From a virus (Duplodnaviria > Caudoviricetes), in IMG/VR virus record IMGVR_UViG_3300021400_000046, positions 1 through 64,000 of that record: a stretch of 64,000 bases of DNA; one strand, 5' to 3'. Positions 15,494 through 25,439 of the stretch are shown here, piece by piece (the first letter of the stretch is position 1; every line of letters begins with the position of its first letter). The notes under the pieces were generated by a model. The model was not told the origin of the DNA and made no database searches. It saw nothing but the letters and a program-made list of their open reading frames with translations. The translations under genes and the position numbers were made by a program.

Positions 15494-18289
15494 TTGGAGC
15501 AAAAAAGCGTACATAGGTTTATCTACAAGATTGAAAGCAAGGAACTGAAAAAGGCGAATTGGAATTTAACTCTCCCGCTCAAAACAGCCATGCGGAATCG
15601 CCCGGAAGTTATTGTGTCATTGAACGACAGTCAATGTTTACGCTTTATTGATGAAATCAACCAGGCAACAGATATTAACGATAAAGTCCGCGCAATCCAA
15701 AAGAAAATCAGAGATATTAAAAAGCGCCCAAAGAGCAGAGAAAATCGTAAGATTATCAACGGTTATTATGATACACTTTATGAGCTGCAATTCCAGAAAG
15801 ATTATCTTTGCGTTATCATGTCAAAAGAGTCTGACTATGATCTTTGCAACAATGGTTTTACTATCAATTATGGTGATTGCTCTGTGCGGTATCGGAGGTT
15901 GCTTGGCACAAACGGCGGCATTAAGAACTCAACTATCGTTTATGTTAATGAAAATATCTATCCTGAGTTAAAGCGCAGACTTGATAATGGGCGTAATATG
16001 GATGTTCCTCTTGTCCCAGCTAAACTGGAAGCCTATCAAGCTCTGATCTGTTCTGGTTCTATCCCGCTTCCAAAGCCACATGGTATTATTGTGGTTCCTG
16101 ATTGCATTACACGTTTCAAAGAGGATATTATTCTGATTGACGATTCTGTTAGCGGCGAGCCGAAACTGACCAGAGAACATGATTACGAAATCGAACATAA
16201 TGATTCAGATGGTTATGGTCTTATGCTGCCGTCATATTCTCGCAGAGTAAATGATTTTTTGAGCGGAGACGGCGAACATACTATTGCTGGTATGAATACA
16301 CGGTATGCCTTTACAAAGGGTATGCTTTATACATTTGACTTTATTGAGTTTGCGGAAAAGGTTGCCGGGACGTATGAGGTTACAGATGTTTGGGGTACAA
16401 AGCGCGATATTCGCCAAGCGGAAGTCATACTGACGGAATCCATGCTAAAGCTGTGGAGCAGTTATCAGTCGTGGGAAGATTACTATGAGAACTGTGAGAA
16501 GAATGGCTACCGCTTTTCTGTAACAAAGACAACGCCGGAGAAACTGGAAAGCGTAAGAGATACAAATTATCAATTCCTTCAGAGTTATCAGTTTACAGAT
16601 GATGAATTATCTGAACTATGCAAGCAGACGATTGATGAAGTTCAGGATATTGCTGGATTAGATTACCGTAAGAGTATTGTCTTTTTGTGCGGTTATGGCT
16701 TAAATGATAATAATGTCTTTGCTGATAATATCGAAGATGTGGCAAAAGCATTGATGATTGATCGCAGGCTTATCAATGATCCGTTTGTTAGAAACAGGAT
16801 ATTCAACCGCGTAAAAAACAGGATATTGATGGGTGAACGCGGCGCAATCAGGGTTGACGCAAATTATGCAATGATTTCTGGCGATCCTTATGCTCTGTCT
16901 CAAAGTATGTTTGGTCTTGAAGTAACTGGATTACTTGGAGCGGGAGAAGTATATCACAAGTATTGGTTGGATAAGGGGGCAGACGAAATTTCTTGTTTCC
17001 GTGCGCCAATGACTTGCCACAATAATATTCGGCGCATGAAGTTATCGCGCTCTGAACAAGCTGCGTATTGGTATCGCTATATTGATACCGTGCTGATCTA
17101 CAACGCTTGGGATTCAGCTACAGAAGCAGAGAACGGTGCTGATAAAGACGGCGACACAAATATGTGTACTGACAATCCGATTATTGTAAGAAACACCCGT
17201 AGCGAACCTACGATTGTTTGCTTGCAGAAAAAGGCTGCAAAAATTGTACCTACAGAAGAAGATATTATCATTGCCAATAAACTTGCCTTCAATGATGATA
17301 TTGGAACAGTCACAAATCATGTAACTTCGATGATCGAAGTGCAAGCTGGTTTTGAGCCGGGAACAAAAGAGTACGAGGAATTATCTTATCGTATCATGTG
17401 CGGCCAGTTATATCAGCAGAATACGATAGATCGTGCAAAAGGGATTATTGCCAATCCGATGCCATCATATTGGTATTCTATGCGCGATAATAAAGTTGAC
17501 GAAGATGATACAGAGGAATTAAAGCAGAAAAAGGAATTTAATAGTCGTATTGCAGCATCAAAGAAGCCGTACTTTATGACCTATGTATATCCACGGTTGA
17601 AAAGCGAAAATGATACGTACCTAAGAAACAATAACCGTGACGCAGTTCGCCGGTTTTGGAAGTATGATATTAACAGTATTGAGGATTTATTTGCTTACGA
17701 AGATAAGACTGATGAAATGACATCATTCTGTGATTATTATAAACGGCTACTTCCTGTCGGTTATAATTCCTGTGTTATCAATCGTATTTCTTGGCTGTTT
17801 GAAAAAGCGTTTCGTGGATTCGTCAGCAGATTTAGTAGGATGGTTGGGGCATCCGGGAAGTTTGATTATTCTATCCTAAAAAGCGGCGTTGAATATAGCA
17901 AGTCAGACTATGATGAAATCAGTAAAATCTATTATGAGTATTTAAGACGAGTCGATGCTTACCAGGAAAGAAAAAGAACTGAAAAGATTGATAAGTTTGA
18001 CAACTATGTTGAACAGCAAACGTTGATAGACTATTTCAAATCTGAGTGTTACAAGGTTTGCCCAAACGCAGAAGAATTGTGTGATATTGTTCTGGATATT
18101 TGCTACCGGCGAGAGTCAACAAAGATTTTTGCTTGGAATATGTGCGGAGACACAATCATCAATAATCTTCTGAAAAAGAATGGTTTTTTAATTTCATATC
18201 CGCAGGAAGTAGATGGCGGCGGTGATTTTACATACAGTGGAAGATCGTTTGCTATGACAGAAAAGAGAATGGAGGTTGACGCGCAATAA
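15494..18289 (+). CDS. yonO: YonO-like single-subunit DNA-dependent RNA polymerase (double-psi barrel, cellular RdRP-like)
   Basis: 931 aa; DSDGYG, KGML, FRAP and catalytic GADKDGD (DxDGD, 17141-17155); upstream of the late operon as in SPbeta. Confidence 0.85.
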   Translation: MEQKSVHRFIYKIESKELKKANWNLTLPLKTAMRNRPEVIVSLNDSQCLRFIDEINQATDINDKVRAIQKKIRDIKKRPKSRENRKIINGYYDTLYELQFQKDYLCVIMSKESDYDLCNNGFTINYGDCSVRYRRLLGTNGGIKNSTIVYVNENIYPELKRRLDNGRNMDVPLVPAKLEAYQALICSGSIPLPKPHGIIVVPDCITRFKEDIILIDDSVSGEPKLTREHDYEIEHNDSDGYGLMLPSYSRRVNDFLSGDGEHTIAGMNTRYAFTKGMLYTFDFIEFAEKVAGTYEVTDVWGTKRDIRQAEVILTESMLKLWSSYQSWEDYYENCEKNGYRFSVTKTTPEKLESVRDTNYQFLQSYQFTDDELSELCKQTIDEVQDIAGLDYRKSIVFLCGYGLNDNNVFADNIEDVAKALMIDRRLINDPFVRNRIFNRVKNRILMGERGAIRVDANYAMISGDPYALSQSMFGLEVTGLLGAGEVYHKYWLDKGADEISCFRAPMTCHNNIRRMKLSRSEQAAYWYRYIDTVLIYNAWDSATEAENGADKDGDTNMCTDNPIIVRNTRSEPTIVCLQKKAAKIVPTEEDIIIANKLAFNDDIGTVTNHVTSMIEVQAGFEPGTKEYEELSYRIMCGQLYQQNTIDRAKGIIANPMPSYWYSMRDNKVDEDDTEELKQKKEFNSRIAASKKPYFMTYVYPRLKSENDTYLRNNNRDAVRRFWKYDINSIEDLFAYEDKTDEMTSFCDYYKRLLPVGYNSCVINRISWLFEKAFRGFVSRFSRMVGASGKFDYSILKSGVEYSKSDYDEISKIYYEYLRRVDAYQERKRTEKIDKFDNYVEQQTLIDYFKSECYKVCPNAEELCDIVLDICYRRESTKIFAWNMCGDTIINNLLKKNGFLISYPQEVDGGGDFTYSGRSFAMTEKRMEVDAQ

Positions 18290-19152
18290 TTATTCTAAAC
18301 GAAAAAGAATATGCTGAGAAGTGCTTACAAGATGGACTTGGAGATCGTGACCTCTATACTTCTCTTGTAATTCTTGCACGGTATTACTATCACAATAATT
18401 GTTTCCGCAAAAAGAAAATATATAATTTGCTTTTCGATTTCTTAAAACGAAATTACCCACGATATGAACTTGAAGAAACATATTGGATAAATACGGTTGA
18501 AAAGATTTCTTCTAATGCTGGGAAATATCCTTTAACGGAAATCCCAGGTGTTAGAATTACAGAGTCAGAAATGCTTACAATCACAAGCATTCACAATAAG
18601 GTTCTTGAAAGGCTTGCGTTTACAATGCTATGTCTTGCAAAATTTTGGAATGCAAAAAAGCCAAACAATAATGGCTGGGTAAATGCGGATTCAAAAGAGC
18701 TATTCCAATATGCCAGAATATCAAGCAAGGCCATTGACCGTGAAATCAAGATCGGTCAATTACAAGATATGGGGTTGTTAGAGTTTCCTAAGAGAAATGG
18801 AAACATGAATTGTCGCGTTACTTTTATCAATGACGATGATAAGAATGAATCCATGTTTGTATCGGACTTCCGTGAGCTTGGCTATACATATCTGAAACAA
18901 AAAGGTGAGAACTTTATTGAGTGTGCAGAGTGTGGCATTTTGATTCGCAACAATAAGAATGGAACCAAAAAATATTGTAAGAATTGTGCAACATATACTC
19001 CACAAGTTACGAAAACAATTACTTGTGTTGATTGTGGTGATAATTTTGTCGTAGAATCTTTATCACGCAGAATCCGATGTGATAAATGTTACGCAGAAGA
19101 ACGAAAGCGAATTGAACGAGAAAAGAAAAGAAAATATCGTAATAATGTATAG
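18286..19152 (+). CDS. RNAP-adjacent protein with C-terminal zinc ribbons; non-canonical ATA/ATT start
   Basis: Frame open from 18280 (IIILNEKEYAE...); GGAGG at 18271; CAEC, CKNC, CVDC, CDKC motifs. Confidence 0.7.
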   Translation: MIILNEKEYAEKCLQDGLGDRDLYTSLVILARYYYHNNCFRKKKIYNLLFDFLKRNYPRYELEETYWINTVEKISSNAGKYPLTEIPGVRITESEMLTITSIHNKVLERLAFTMLCLAKFWNAKKPNNNGWVNADSKELFQYARISSKAIDREIKIGQLQDMGLLEFPKRNGNMNCRVTFINDDDKNESMFVSDFRELGYTYLKQKGENFIECAECGILIRNNKNGTKKYCKNCATYTPQVTKTITCVDCGDNFVVESLSRRIRCDKCYAEERKRIEREKKRKYRNNV

Positions 19153-19191
19153 ATGTCCCACCAGTTCATTTTGAGATGAATTTTATTTCGA

Positions 19192-19239
19192 CCACAAAAT
19201 GTAGTAGTAAGTACCCAAACTATCGACACTATATAGGGT
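19192..19239. promoter_or_regulatory. tandem NrdR-box-like pair
   Basis: CCACAAAATGTAGTAG and CGACACTATATAGGGT, starts 32 bp apart. Confidence 0.45.
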
Positions 19240-19370
19240 TCTAAATTCATTTTCAAATTTTCAAAATTACTAAAATGAAGGGAATATATACCCTTTGCTC
19301 TCATTTCTTTATCTTTCTCTTTTCTTGATGAACGTACTGGCGTGGCAATAGTTGCGCCGGTACAAAATAT

Positions 19371-19447
19371 GGTCTTGTAGTTCAGAAGCGCAGAACGCCA
19401 GCCTGTCACGCTGGAGGTCACGGGTTCGAGTCCCGTCAAGATCGCCA
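19371..19447 (+). tRNA. tRNA-Asp(GTC)
   Basis: Acceptor GGTCTTG/CAAGATC, anticodon arm CCAGC-CTGTCAC-GCTGG, TTCGA T-loop, encoded CCA. Confidence 0.92.
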
Positions 19448-19521
19448 TTAAGGACTTACTTATAGTTTGTCTGAATAAAGGCTTCTGCTATTACTGTGCC
19501 GGAAAACAGAGTAGTAATTAT

Positions 19522-19609
19522 GGGTAGGTATAGCGTAATTGGTATCGCACCGGACTGTAAATCCGGCTCCTAACGGAAATTGTAGGTTCAAGTCCTACCC
19601 TGCCCACCA
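19522..19609 (+). tRNA. tRNA-Tyr(GTA)
   Basis: GGGTAGG/CCTGCCC, CCGGA-CTGTAAA-TCCGG, long variable arm, CCA. Confidence 0.88.
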
Positions 19610-19702
19610 TAAGATCGGCGTTAATGCTTGGGTAGCGAGGCGAAGTCATTGTATTAAATGCTGTGGGAGAAGTGTAATCCTGCCGAGTCGATCTTTATAT
19701 AT

Positions 19703-19778
19703 TCTCTCTTAGCTCAGTTGGTAGAGCGTCTGACTGTTAATCAGAATGTCGTTGGTTCGAGTCCAGCAGGGAGAGCCA
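19703..19778 (+). tRNA. tRNA-Asn(GTT)
   Basis: TCTCTCT/AGGGAGA, TCTGA-CTGTTAA-TCAGA, CCA. Confidence 0.93.
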
Positions 19779-20057
19779 TAGGCAGATGGAGCCTTAATCC
19801 ATTCTTTATGGGTAGTTATAGATGCTACATTGCGCAGATATGTCTTTGCGCCATATCCGTTGTCCTGTTGCAATAGGAGAAATTAAATGAGCCGCCGTAT
19901 CACCGAGGCAAGTTCGCAATATCGGGTAGCGTTTCCGGTATTTCGCCCCACCTACAACCTAATGGGCTTTTATCTATTGAGTAAACCGGTGTAAAAATTG
20001 TGGGTGCTGGTTGTAAATCCAGATAACAAAAGAACAGGCTTTTGTTATAAAAAATAT

Positions 20058-20133
20058 GCTGGTGTAGCTCAGTCGGTAGAGCAGCGGATTTGTAATCCGC
20101 AGGTCAGGGGTTCGAGTCCGTTCACCAGCTCCA
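20058..20133 (+). tRNA. tRNA-Thr(TGT)
   Basis: GCTGGTG/CACCAGC, GCGGA-TTTGTAA-TCCGC, CCA. Confidence 0.92.
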
Positions 20134-20174
20134 ACCGCCATAAGGCGAGAAATAAACAAAGGTGGTATAACCAT

Positions 20175-20345
20175 TTGAAAGAAATTAACAGAAAAGAATT
20201 AGATGCCCTTGTGAGAAACAATTATTTGCATAATACACACAGAGGTCTTGTGAACCGCAGCGGTAATACAGTCGGGTTTTATAAGACGAGAAATAAGAGG
20301 TATATTGAAGATAAATATGTAGATATTGCAAGACGGTTAGTATAA
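20175..20345 (+). CDS. small basic hypothetical protein
   Basis: AAAGGTGG RBS, TTG start, MKEINRKELDALV... Confidence 0.6.
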   Translation: MKEINRKELDALVRNNYLHNTHRGLVNRSGNTVGFYKTRNKRYIEDKYVDIARRLV

Positions 20346-20359
20346 AGAAAGGACTATGT

Positions 20360-21802
20360 ATGGCGAAAAAAGAACTTAAATCTGACGGTATCTTTTTCAC
20401 CGGCAAGTCCGCTGATGATGTAACTGGTTCACAATATTTTGTTCGCTTTGGAGATAAGAAATGTTTGCTTGAATGTGGATTGCACCAATCTGCAAGCAAT
20501 GATTATCTTGATTCTTATAAGATAAATTCAGAGAAGTTTCATTTTAAGCCATCTGAGATTGATTACATATTTGTAGCCCATCCACATATCGACCATTGTG
20601 GCCTTATTCCGCGTCTTGTCAAAGAGGGATTCTGTGGTCGAATTATTGCGACAAGAAATACGGCTATGATTATGAAGCCTCTTTTATATAATTCTTGCTC
20701 TATTATTAAAGATGAAGCGCGAGTTCTTTCAAAACGATATGGCAGAAATTATCAGCCGCTTTACGAGGAAGATGATGTTGCAAAAGCGTTGTCTCTAATT
20801 GATGTATATGACGATTACCACAAAATCGTAAGCCTCGATGAAACTGTAAGTTTTCAATGGCTGCACAATTCACATTGCCTTGGTGCGGCGCAGTTGCAGC
20901 TTATTCTTAAAAATGGCTCAAAGACAAGGAAAATACTGTACACTTCTGATCTTGGAGCTTTACATACTGAAAATCATTATCTTGCAAATACTGAAATTCC
21001 AGATTTATTTAACGATATTTCTATTATTGAATCAACTTATGGTCTTGAAAAACGGAGTTCAAAGAAAAAGCGATCTTTTGATATTTCTCACTTAAAATGT
21101 GCAATTGATACAGTGTTAGAGAGAAAAGGTACGGTTATACTCCCGTGTTTCAGTTTCAGCAGAACACAAGAAATATTGACTACATTATATGAACTCTACG
21201 GTGTGCAGGATGATTTCTGCACACCTGTTTTTGTTGATTCAAAACTAAGTTGTGATATAAGCGATCTCTATTCCGAATTGCTAAGTGGTGAAGATTTAGA
21301 AAAATGGGAAGCTGTATGCAATTGGGAGAATGTTCATTTTATTACAGAAAAAGAAGATTCTCGCTCATGTGTTGCAGATAATACGCCAAAGATTGTAGTA
21401 TCTTCTTCTGGATTTTGTACTAACGGCAGAGTCGTGAGCTACTTGCAGAAGTATTTAGCAGATAGAAATTCTATGATTATCTTCTCTGGATATGTTGGAG
21501 ATAACCCATCATATTTGTCATATAGAATTAAAAATTACAGAGAAAACAAATTTATCAAAGTGAACAAAGAACTGGTTAAAAACCGTGCAGATTGCATTAC
21601 ATTATCTACGTTTAGTAGTCATGCAAATTTCAATGATCTTGTTAAGTTTGGAAGTTCGTTAAATACAAACAAGGTTATTCTTGTTCATGGCTCAAAGGAA
21701 GCAAAAAGATGTTTGGCGCAAAAATTGTCTGATGAAATTTCAAAGAATGATAAGACATATAAGGTGCTTGAATCTTTTAGAGGAATGATCGTAAGACTAT
21801 AA
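20360..21802 (+). CDS. MBL-fold beta-CASP ribonuclease
   Basis: VTGS, ECGL, HPHIDH, HCLGA, SD, ESTYG, FSSHA and LVHG motifs. Confidence 0.88.
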   Translation: MAKKELKSDGIFFTGKSADDVTGSQYFVRFGDKKCLLECGLHQSASNDYLDSYKINSEKFHFKPSEIDYIFVAHPHIDHCGLIPRLVKEGFCGRIIATRNTAMIMKPLLYNSCSIIKDEARVLSKRYGRNYQPLYEEDDVAKALSLIDVYDDYHKIVSLDETVSFQWLHNSHCLGAAQLQLILKNGSKTRKILYTSDLGALHTENHYLANTEIPDLFNDISIIESTYGLEKRSSKKKRSFDISHLKCAIDTVLERKGTVILPCFSFSRTQEILTTLYELYGVQDDFCTPVFVDSKLSCDISDLYSELLSGEDLEKWEAVCNWENVHFITEKEDSRSCVADNTPKIVVSSSGFCTNGRVVSYLQKYLADRNSMIIFSGYVGDNPSYLSYRIKNYRENKFIKVNKELVKNRADCITLSTFSSHANFNDLVKFGSSLNTNKVILVHGSKEAKRCLAQKLSDEISKNDKTYKVLESFRGMIVRL

Positions 21803-21813
21803 GGAGAACACTC

Positions 21814-22443
21814 ATGGAAGATGTTAAGAAAATTACTGTTCCAAAAGGATCGTATTCTTATTGTTACGAAGATAAGTTTAATTTTGAAGATTTAGAAGGG
21901 CGACGTTTATATTTGAATTGTGAAATTGATGAAAATGTTATAGACGGCGCTGTTTATCATATTCTTCGGTACAATCGTATTGACAAGGAAAACAATATTC
22001 CTGTTGAAAAGCGGAAACCTATTATTCTATATATTAACTCCCCAGGGGGCAATGTTATTGATGGTTATGGATTGGTTGATGTTATTCGAGAGTCTAAGAC
22101 TCCTGTTTACACAGTCAATTTAGCATTCGCAGCTTCTATGGGGTTTTTGATCTTTATTGCTGGGCATAAACGTTACTCTATGCCTCGTGCAGAGTTCTTG
22201 TTACACGATGGGTCTACCGGCGATATTGGGAGTATGCTGAAGGTAAAGGACAGAATTGAATTTGAGACAATCCAGGTTGCAGAAATGACAAAAGAATATG
22301 TGCTTGATCGTATGAACATAGATGAAGCAACATATAACGAGAAACTGCGTGTTGAATGGTACTTCTTACCGGACGAAGCGAAAAAGATTGGCGCAGTTGA
22401 TTACATTATAGGAAAGGATTGCTCTCTTGACGAAATAGTTTAA
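21814..22443 (+). CDS. clpP: ClpP-like serine protease
   Basis: YINSPGG, AASMG (catalytic Ser), LLHD (catalytic His). Confidence 0.88.
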   Translation: MEDVKKITVPKGSYSYCYEDKFNFEDLEGRRLYLNCEIDENVIDGAVYHILRYNRIDKENNIPVEKRKPIILYINSPGGNVIDGYGLVDVIRESKTPVYTVNLAFAASMGFLIFIAGHKRYSMPRAEFLLHDGSTGDIGSMLKVKDRIEFETIQVAEMTKEYVLDRMNIDEATYNEKLRVEWYFLPDEAKKIGAVDYIIGKDCSLDEIV

Positions 22444-22463
22444 TTTGAGAAAGGCAGAATATT

Positions 22464-23672
22464 TTGATTAAGAGATTAGAAAATGAGAACGAAGAACAGT
22501 TTTTATGGAGAATAGGGCAAGCCAAAGACAATGGTACACTTGATCTTAGTTGGGACGAAATTGCTGATATAATGAACAAGGAATTTCGTGAAGATGTGTC
22601 TGAGTATCTGACTTCTGCGGCCTACCGCAAGCCATATCAACAGGCGAAGCGTTTTTATGAGGCCGGTACATTCTCAGAGATCACCCATGATGCCTATATT
22701 GAAGAACTGAGAAACGCAAAACACGAAGTTCGTAAAGAAAAGCAAAAACTGTCTGATGAACGAACTGCATTAAATAGGGTTCTTCGTGAAGAAGGCAGAA
22801 AAGAATCTATGTACGAGATTGTTAAACGTGCTATAGAAAATCATAAACCAGTAAATTTTGATTATAGTCCAACTGTTATACCAGATAGTGACAACGATTT
22901 AATAATTCATTTAACAGACATTCACGGTGGTATGACAATAGATTCTGTGTTTAATACATATAACTTTTCTGTGTTGCAGCAGCGTTTGAAGAATTACCTA
23001 AATGAAATTTTTGATATACAACAGATATATCATTCACAAAAAGCCTACCTTATTTTAGGTGGAGATATGATTCAAGGGTTAATTCATCTTAATGCCAGGA
23101 TCGAAGCGAAGGAAAATGTTGTTGAACAAATTATGCGGACTTCTGATTTGGTGTCTAACTTTATTTATGAGTTAAGTAAAATGTTCCAATCAGTAGAAGT
23201 TCATACGACTGCTGGCAATCATGCAAGATCGACGCAGAGCAAAGATGAAACTCCACGCGGAGAAAACTTTGATTTGCTTATCCCGTTTGCTTGCAAGAAG
23301 GATTTGCAAAATATTGAGAATGTAACATTTATTGAAAATGCTCTTGGGTATGATATTGCCACATTTAATGTACGCGGTCATACCGTGTATGCTACTCATG
23401 GAGATAAAGACACAGTTAAGAATGTTGTTTACCACATGACGCAGTTTGCACGTAAGGCAAATTTGCCATTACCTGATATTTGTTATATGGGGCATAGACA
23501 CACAAATGGTCTTACTACTGTAGACGATGTTAAGGTTATTGAAAGTGGCTGCGTAGATGGTATGGACTCATTTACGATTGACAGTAGGCTTGTTGGAACA
23601 CCTGAACAGACCGTTGTAGTTGTTACCAAACGAAAGCGCATTAAGGCTTTATGCGATATTCAAATTGATTAA
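22464..23672 (+). CDS. calcineurin-like metallophosphoesterase with N-terminal coiled coil
   Basis: DIH, GGD, GNH, HGD, GHRH motifs. Confidence 0.85.
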   Translation: MIKRLENENEEQFLWRIGQAKDNGTLDLSWDEIADIMNKEFREDVSEYLTSAAYRKPYQQAKRFYEAGTFSEITHDAYIEELRNAKHEVRKEKQKLSDERTALNRVLREEGRKESMYEIVKRAIENHKPVNFDYSPTVIPDSDNDLIIHLTDIHGGMTIDSVFNTYNFSVLQQRLKNYLNEIFDIQQIYHSQKAYLILGGDMIQGLIHLNARIEAKENVVEQIMRTSDLVSNFIYELSKMFQSVEVHTTAGNHARSTQSKDETPRGENFDLLIPFACKKDLQNIENVTFIENALGYDIATFNVRGHTVYATHGDKDTVKNVVYHMTQFARKANLPLPDICYMGHRHTNGLTTVDDVKVIESGCVDGMDSFTIDSRLVGTPEQTVVVVTKRKRIKALCDIQID

Positions 23673-23677
23673 AATGA

Positions 23678-23983
23678 TTGGAGAAAGAAATGGGACGAAC
23701 TGAATTAATCAGCCGATTGGCTAAACGGATATATGAAAATCCATCTACAAAAGAAATACAACAATGCGCTCAATTCTGCGATACGCTTGTTGATATTATT
23801 ACAGATTCACTTGTTGATGGTGAGAAGATTTTATGGAAGGGCTTTTTAAGCGCAGAAGTCGTTGAACGAGCTGCTACAAAGCGGCGTAATCCGCAAACTG
23901 GTGAAATTGTTACATATCCACCTGTAAAGACAATTACTTGCAAATTGTCAAAGACTATTAAAGATGCGGTAAAGGGGAAGTAA
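23678..23983 (+). CDS. HU/IHF-family DNA-binding protein
   Basis: GF...RAATKRRNPQTGE...LSKTIKDAV. Confidence 0.85.
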   Translation: MEKEMGRTELISRLAKRIYENPSTKEIQQCAQFCDTLVDIITDSLVDGEKILWKGFLSAEVVERAATKRRNPQTGEIVTYPPVKTITCKLSKTIKDAVKGK

Positions 23984-23990
23984 TAATACA

Positions 23991-24458
23991 ATGGAGAAAA
24001 TGTATTTCAATGATTATGATGAACTTTCAGACTTCATGTATGATGTAGCTTCTTCCGATAGTACAACAATTTGTGCAGTGTTGAATTACGAAAAGACTGT
24101 TGAGTTACTTCGGTCTTTATTTGTTTTTGATGATATAACAATTATGACTATTGATTTGTCACACTCCGATATTAATGAGTATAAGCAGGATTATTATGTA
24201 ACACTTACACAAGAAATGTATTTGTTTGTTGAGCCAGCTTTTATTAATAATGAAGTTTGTGATTGCACAGCAGATGTTTTCTTGTTTGATGGAGACGCTT
24301 CTTCGCGTGTTGCACTTAACAATAATGGAATGCAATTTGAGATTTCTATTGGTGAAGATCAAGACAGTTGTGATTGTGAGCAATGTTGCAAGCGTGAGAT
24401 AGCTGCTGATGCCCTCGCTGTTGCTCTTGATGTTCTTAAATACCTTGTCAAAGGTTAG
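23991..24458 (+). CDS. hypothetical acidic protein
   Basis: 155-aa ORF within the operon. Confidence 0.7.
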   Translation: MEKMYFNDYDELSDFMYDVASSDSTTICAVLNYEKTVELLRSLFVFDDITIMTIDLSHSDINEYKQDYYVTLTQEMYLFVEPAFINNEVCDCTADVFLFDGDASSRVALNNNGMQFEISIGEDQDSCDCEQCCKREIAADALAVALDVLKYLVKG

Positions 24459-24536
24459 ATATAATAATGAGCTACCCATTCATGTGGGTGGCTCTATTTG
24501 ATATTACATGAAATAGTTGATATGGAGGTGGCAGCT

Positions 24537-25439
24537 ATGCCAAAGACGGAAGAAAAGTGTATTTGCTGCCATTGCGGTGAAACACTTAGTATTTCACAGT
24601 TTTATACTTCATATAGCAATTTTTATCTGAATGGGCATTTGCCGATCTGTAAGAAGTGTTTTTCTAAGAAATTCTTTCAATATAGGCAAGAATATCATAG
24701 TGATAAAAAAGCTATGCAGCGTATGTGTATGGCTTTTGATGTGTATTTTGATGAACAATTATTTGATACTTGTGGTGACGATGAAGATAAAATTGTTGGA
24801 AAGTATTTTCGCAAATTTAATATAGTACAATACCGTGAAAAAACATTTGAAGACACGATAGATAGTGGTGCCTTTTCATTATCTGGTGATAGAAAAATCA
24901 AAGTAGAAAAACGTGTTGCAGTTGTCGATCAGTACGGCAATGAGCAAGAAGATGAAAAGGTGAACCCAAAGGATATTGAAAAATGGGGACTTGGTTTTGA
25001 TCCAGATGATTATAAAGTTTTGAACGACCATTATAAGTATTTGAAAAACGCTAACCCAAATACAGACAATAATGCAGAAATCTTTATTATTGATCTTTGC
25101 TATATGAATATGCAGAAGATGAAAGCTCTGCGTGAAAATCGAATTGATGATTATAATAAACTCACAGAATCTTATCGCAAATCATTTTCCGCTGCCGGAT
25201 TAAAGACGGTACAGGATGGTATGAAAACGGCAGACGATTGTTGGAGTACATTTGTTGGGATTGTTTCTCAGTACACACCGGAGGAATATTACAAAAACAA
25301 GGATCGTTATAAAGACCATGATGGTCTTGGCGAGTATTATGAACGAATGGCAATTAGGCCATTGCGTAATTTGGAACTTGGTACAAATGATAGGGATGCT
25401 GAGTTCTATGTACACGAGGAGGAAGATTTAGATGAATAA
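24537..25439 (+). CDS. putative terminase small subunit with N-terminal zinc finger
   Basis: CCHC...PICKKC; overlaps the terminase large-subunit start; ATG 24537 after GGAGG. Confidence 0.55.
   Translation: MPKTEEKCICCHCGETLSISQFYTSYSNFYLNGHLPICKKCFSKKFFQYRQEYHSDKKAMQRMCMAFDVYFDEQLFDTCGDDEDKIVGKYFRKFNIVQYREKTFEDTIDSGAFSLSGDRKIKVEKRVAVVDQYGNEQEDEKVNPKDIEKWGLGFDPDDYKVLNDHYKYLKNANPNTDNNAEIFIIDLCYMNMQKMKALRENRIDDYNKLTESYRKSFSAAGLKTVQDGMKTADDCWSTFVGIVSQYTPEEYYKNKDRYKDHDGLGEYYERMAIRPLRNLELGTNDRDAEFYVHEEEDLDE

Noticed and set aside
19448-19800. HDV-like (theta) ribozymes at tRNA 3' ends
   Set aside because: No nested double pseudoknot or L3 and J4/2 consensus could be built; the tRNAs encode CCA
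20005-20040. preQ1-I riboswitch or twister-sister-like hairpin
   Set aside because: Loop length and conserved nucleotides do not fit and the other required elements are missing; it precedes a tRNA
19089-20174. ORFs 19089-19448, 19658-19876, 19974-20174 and the 5' part of 19998-20345
   Set aside because: They overlap tRNA genes and are translations of tRNA sequence
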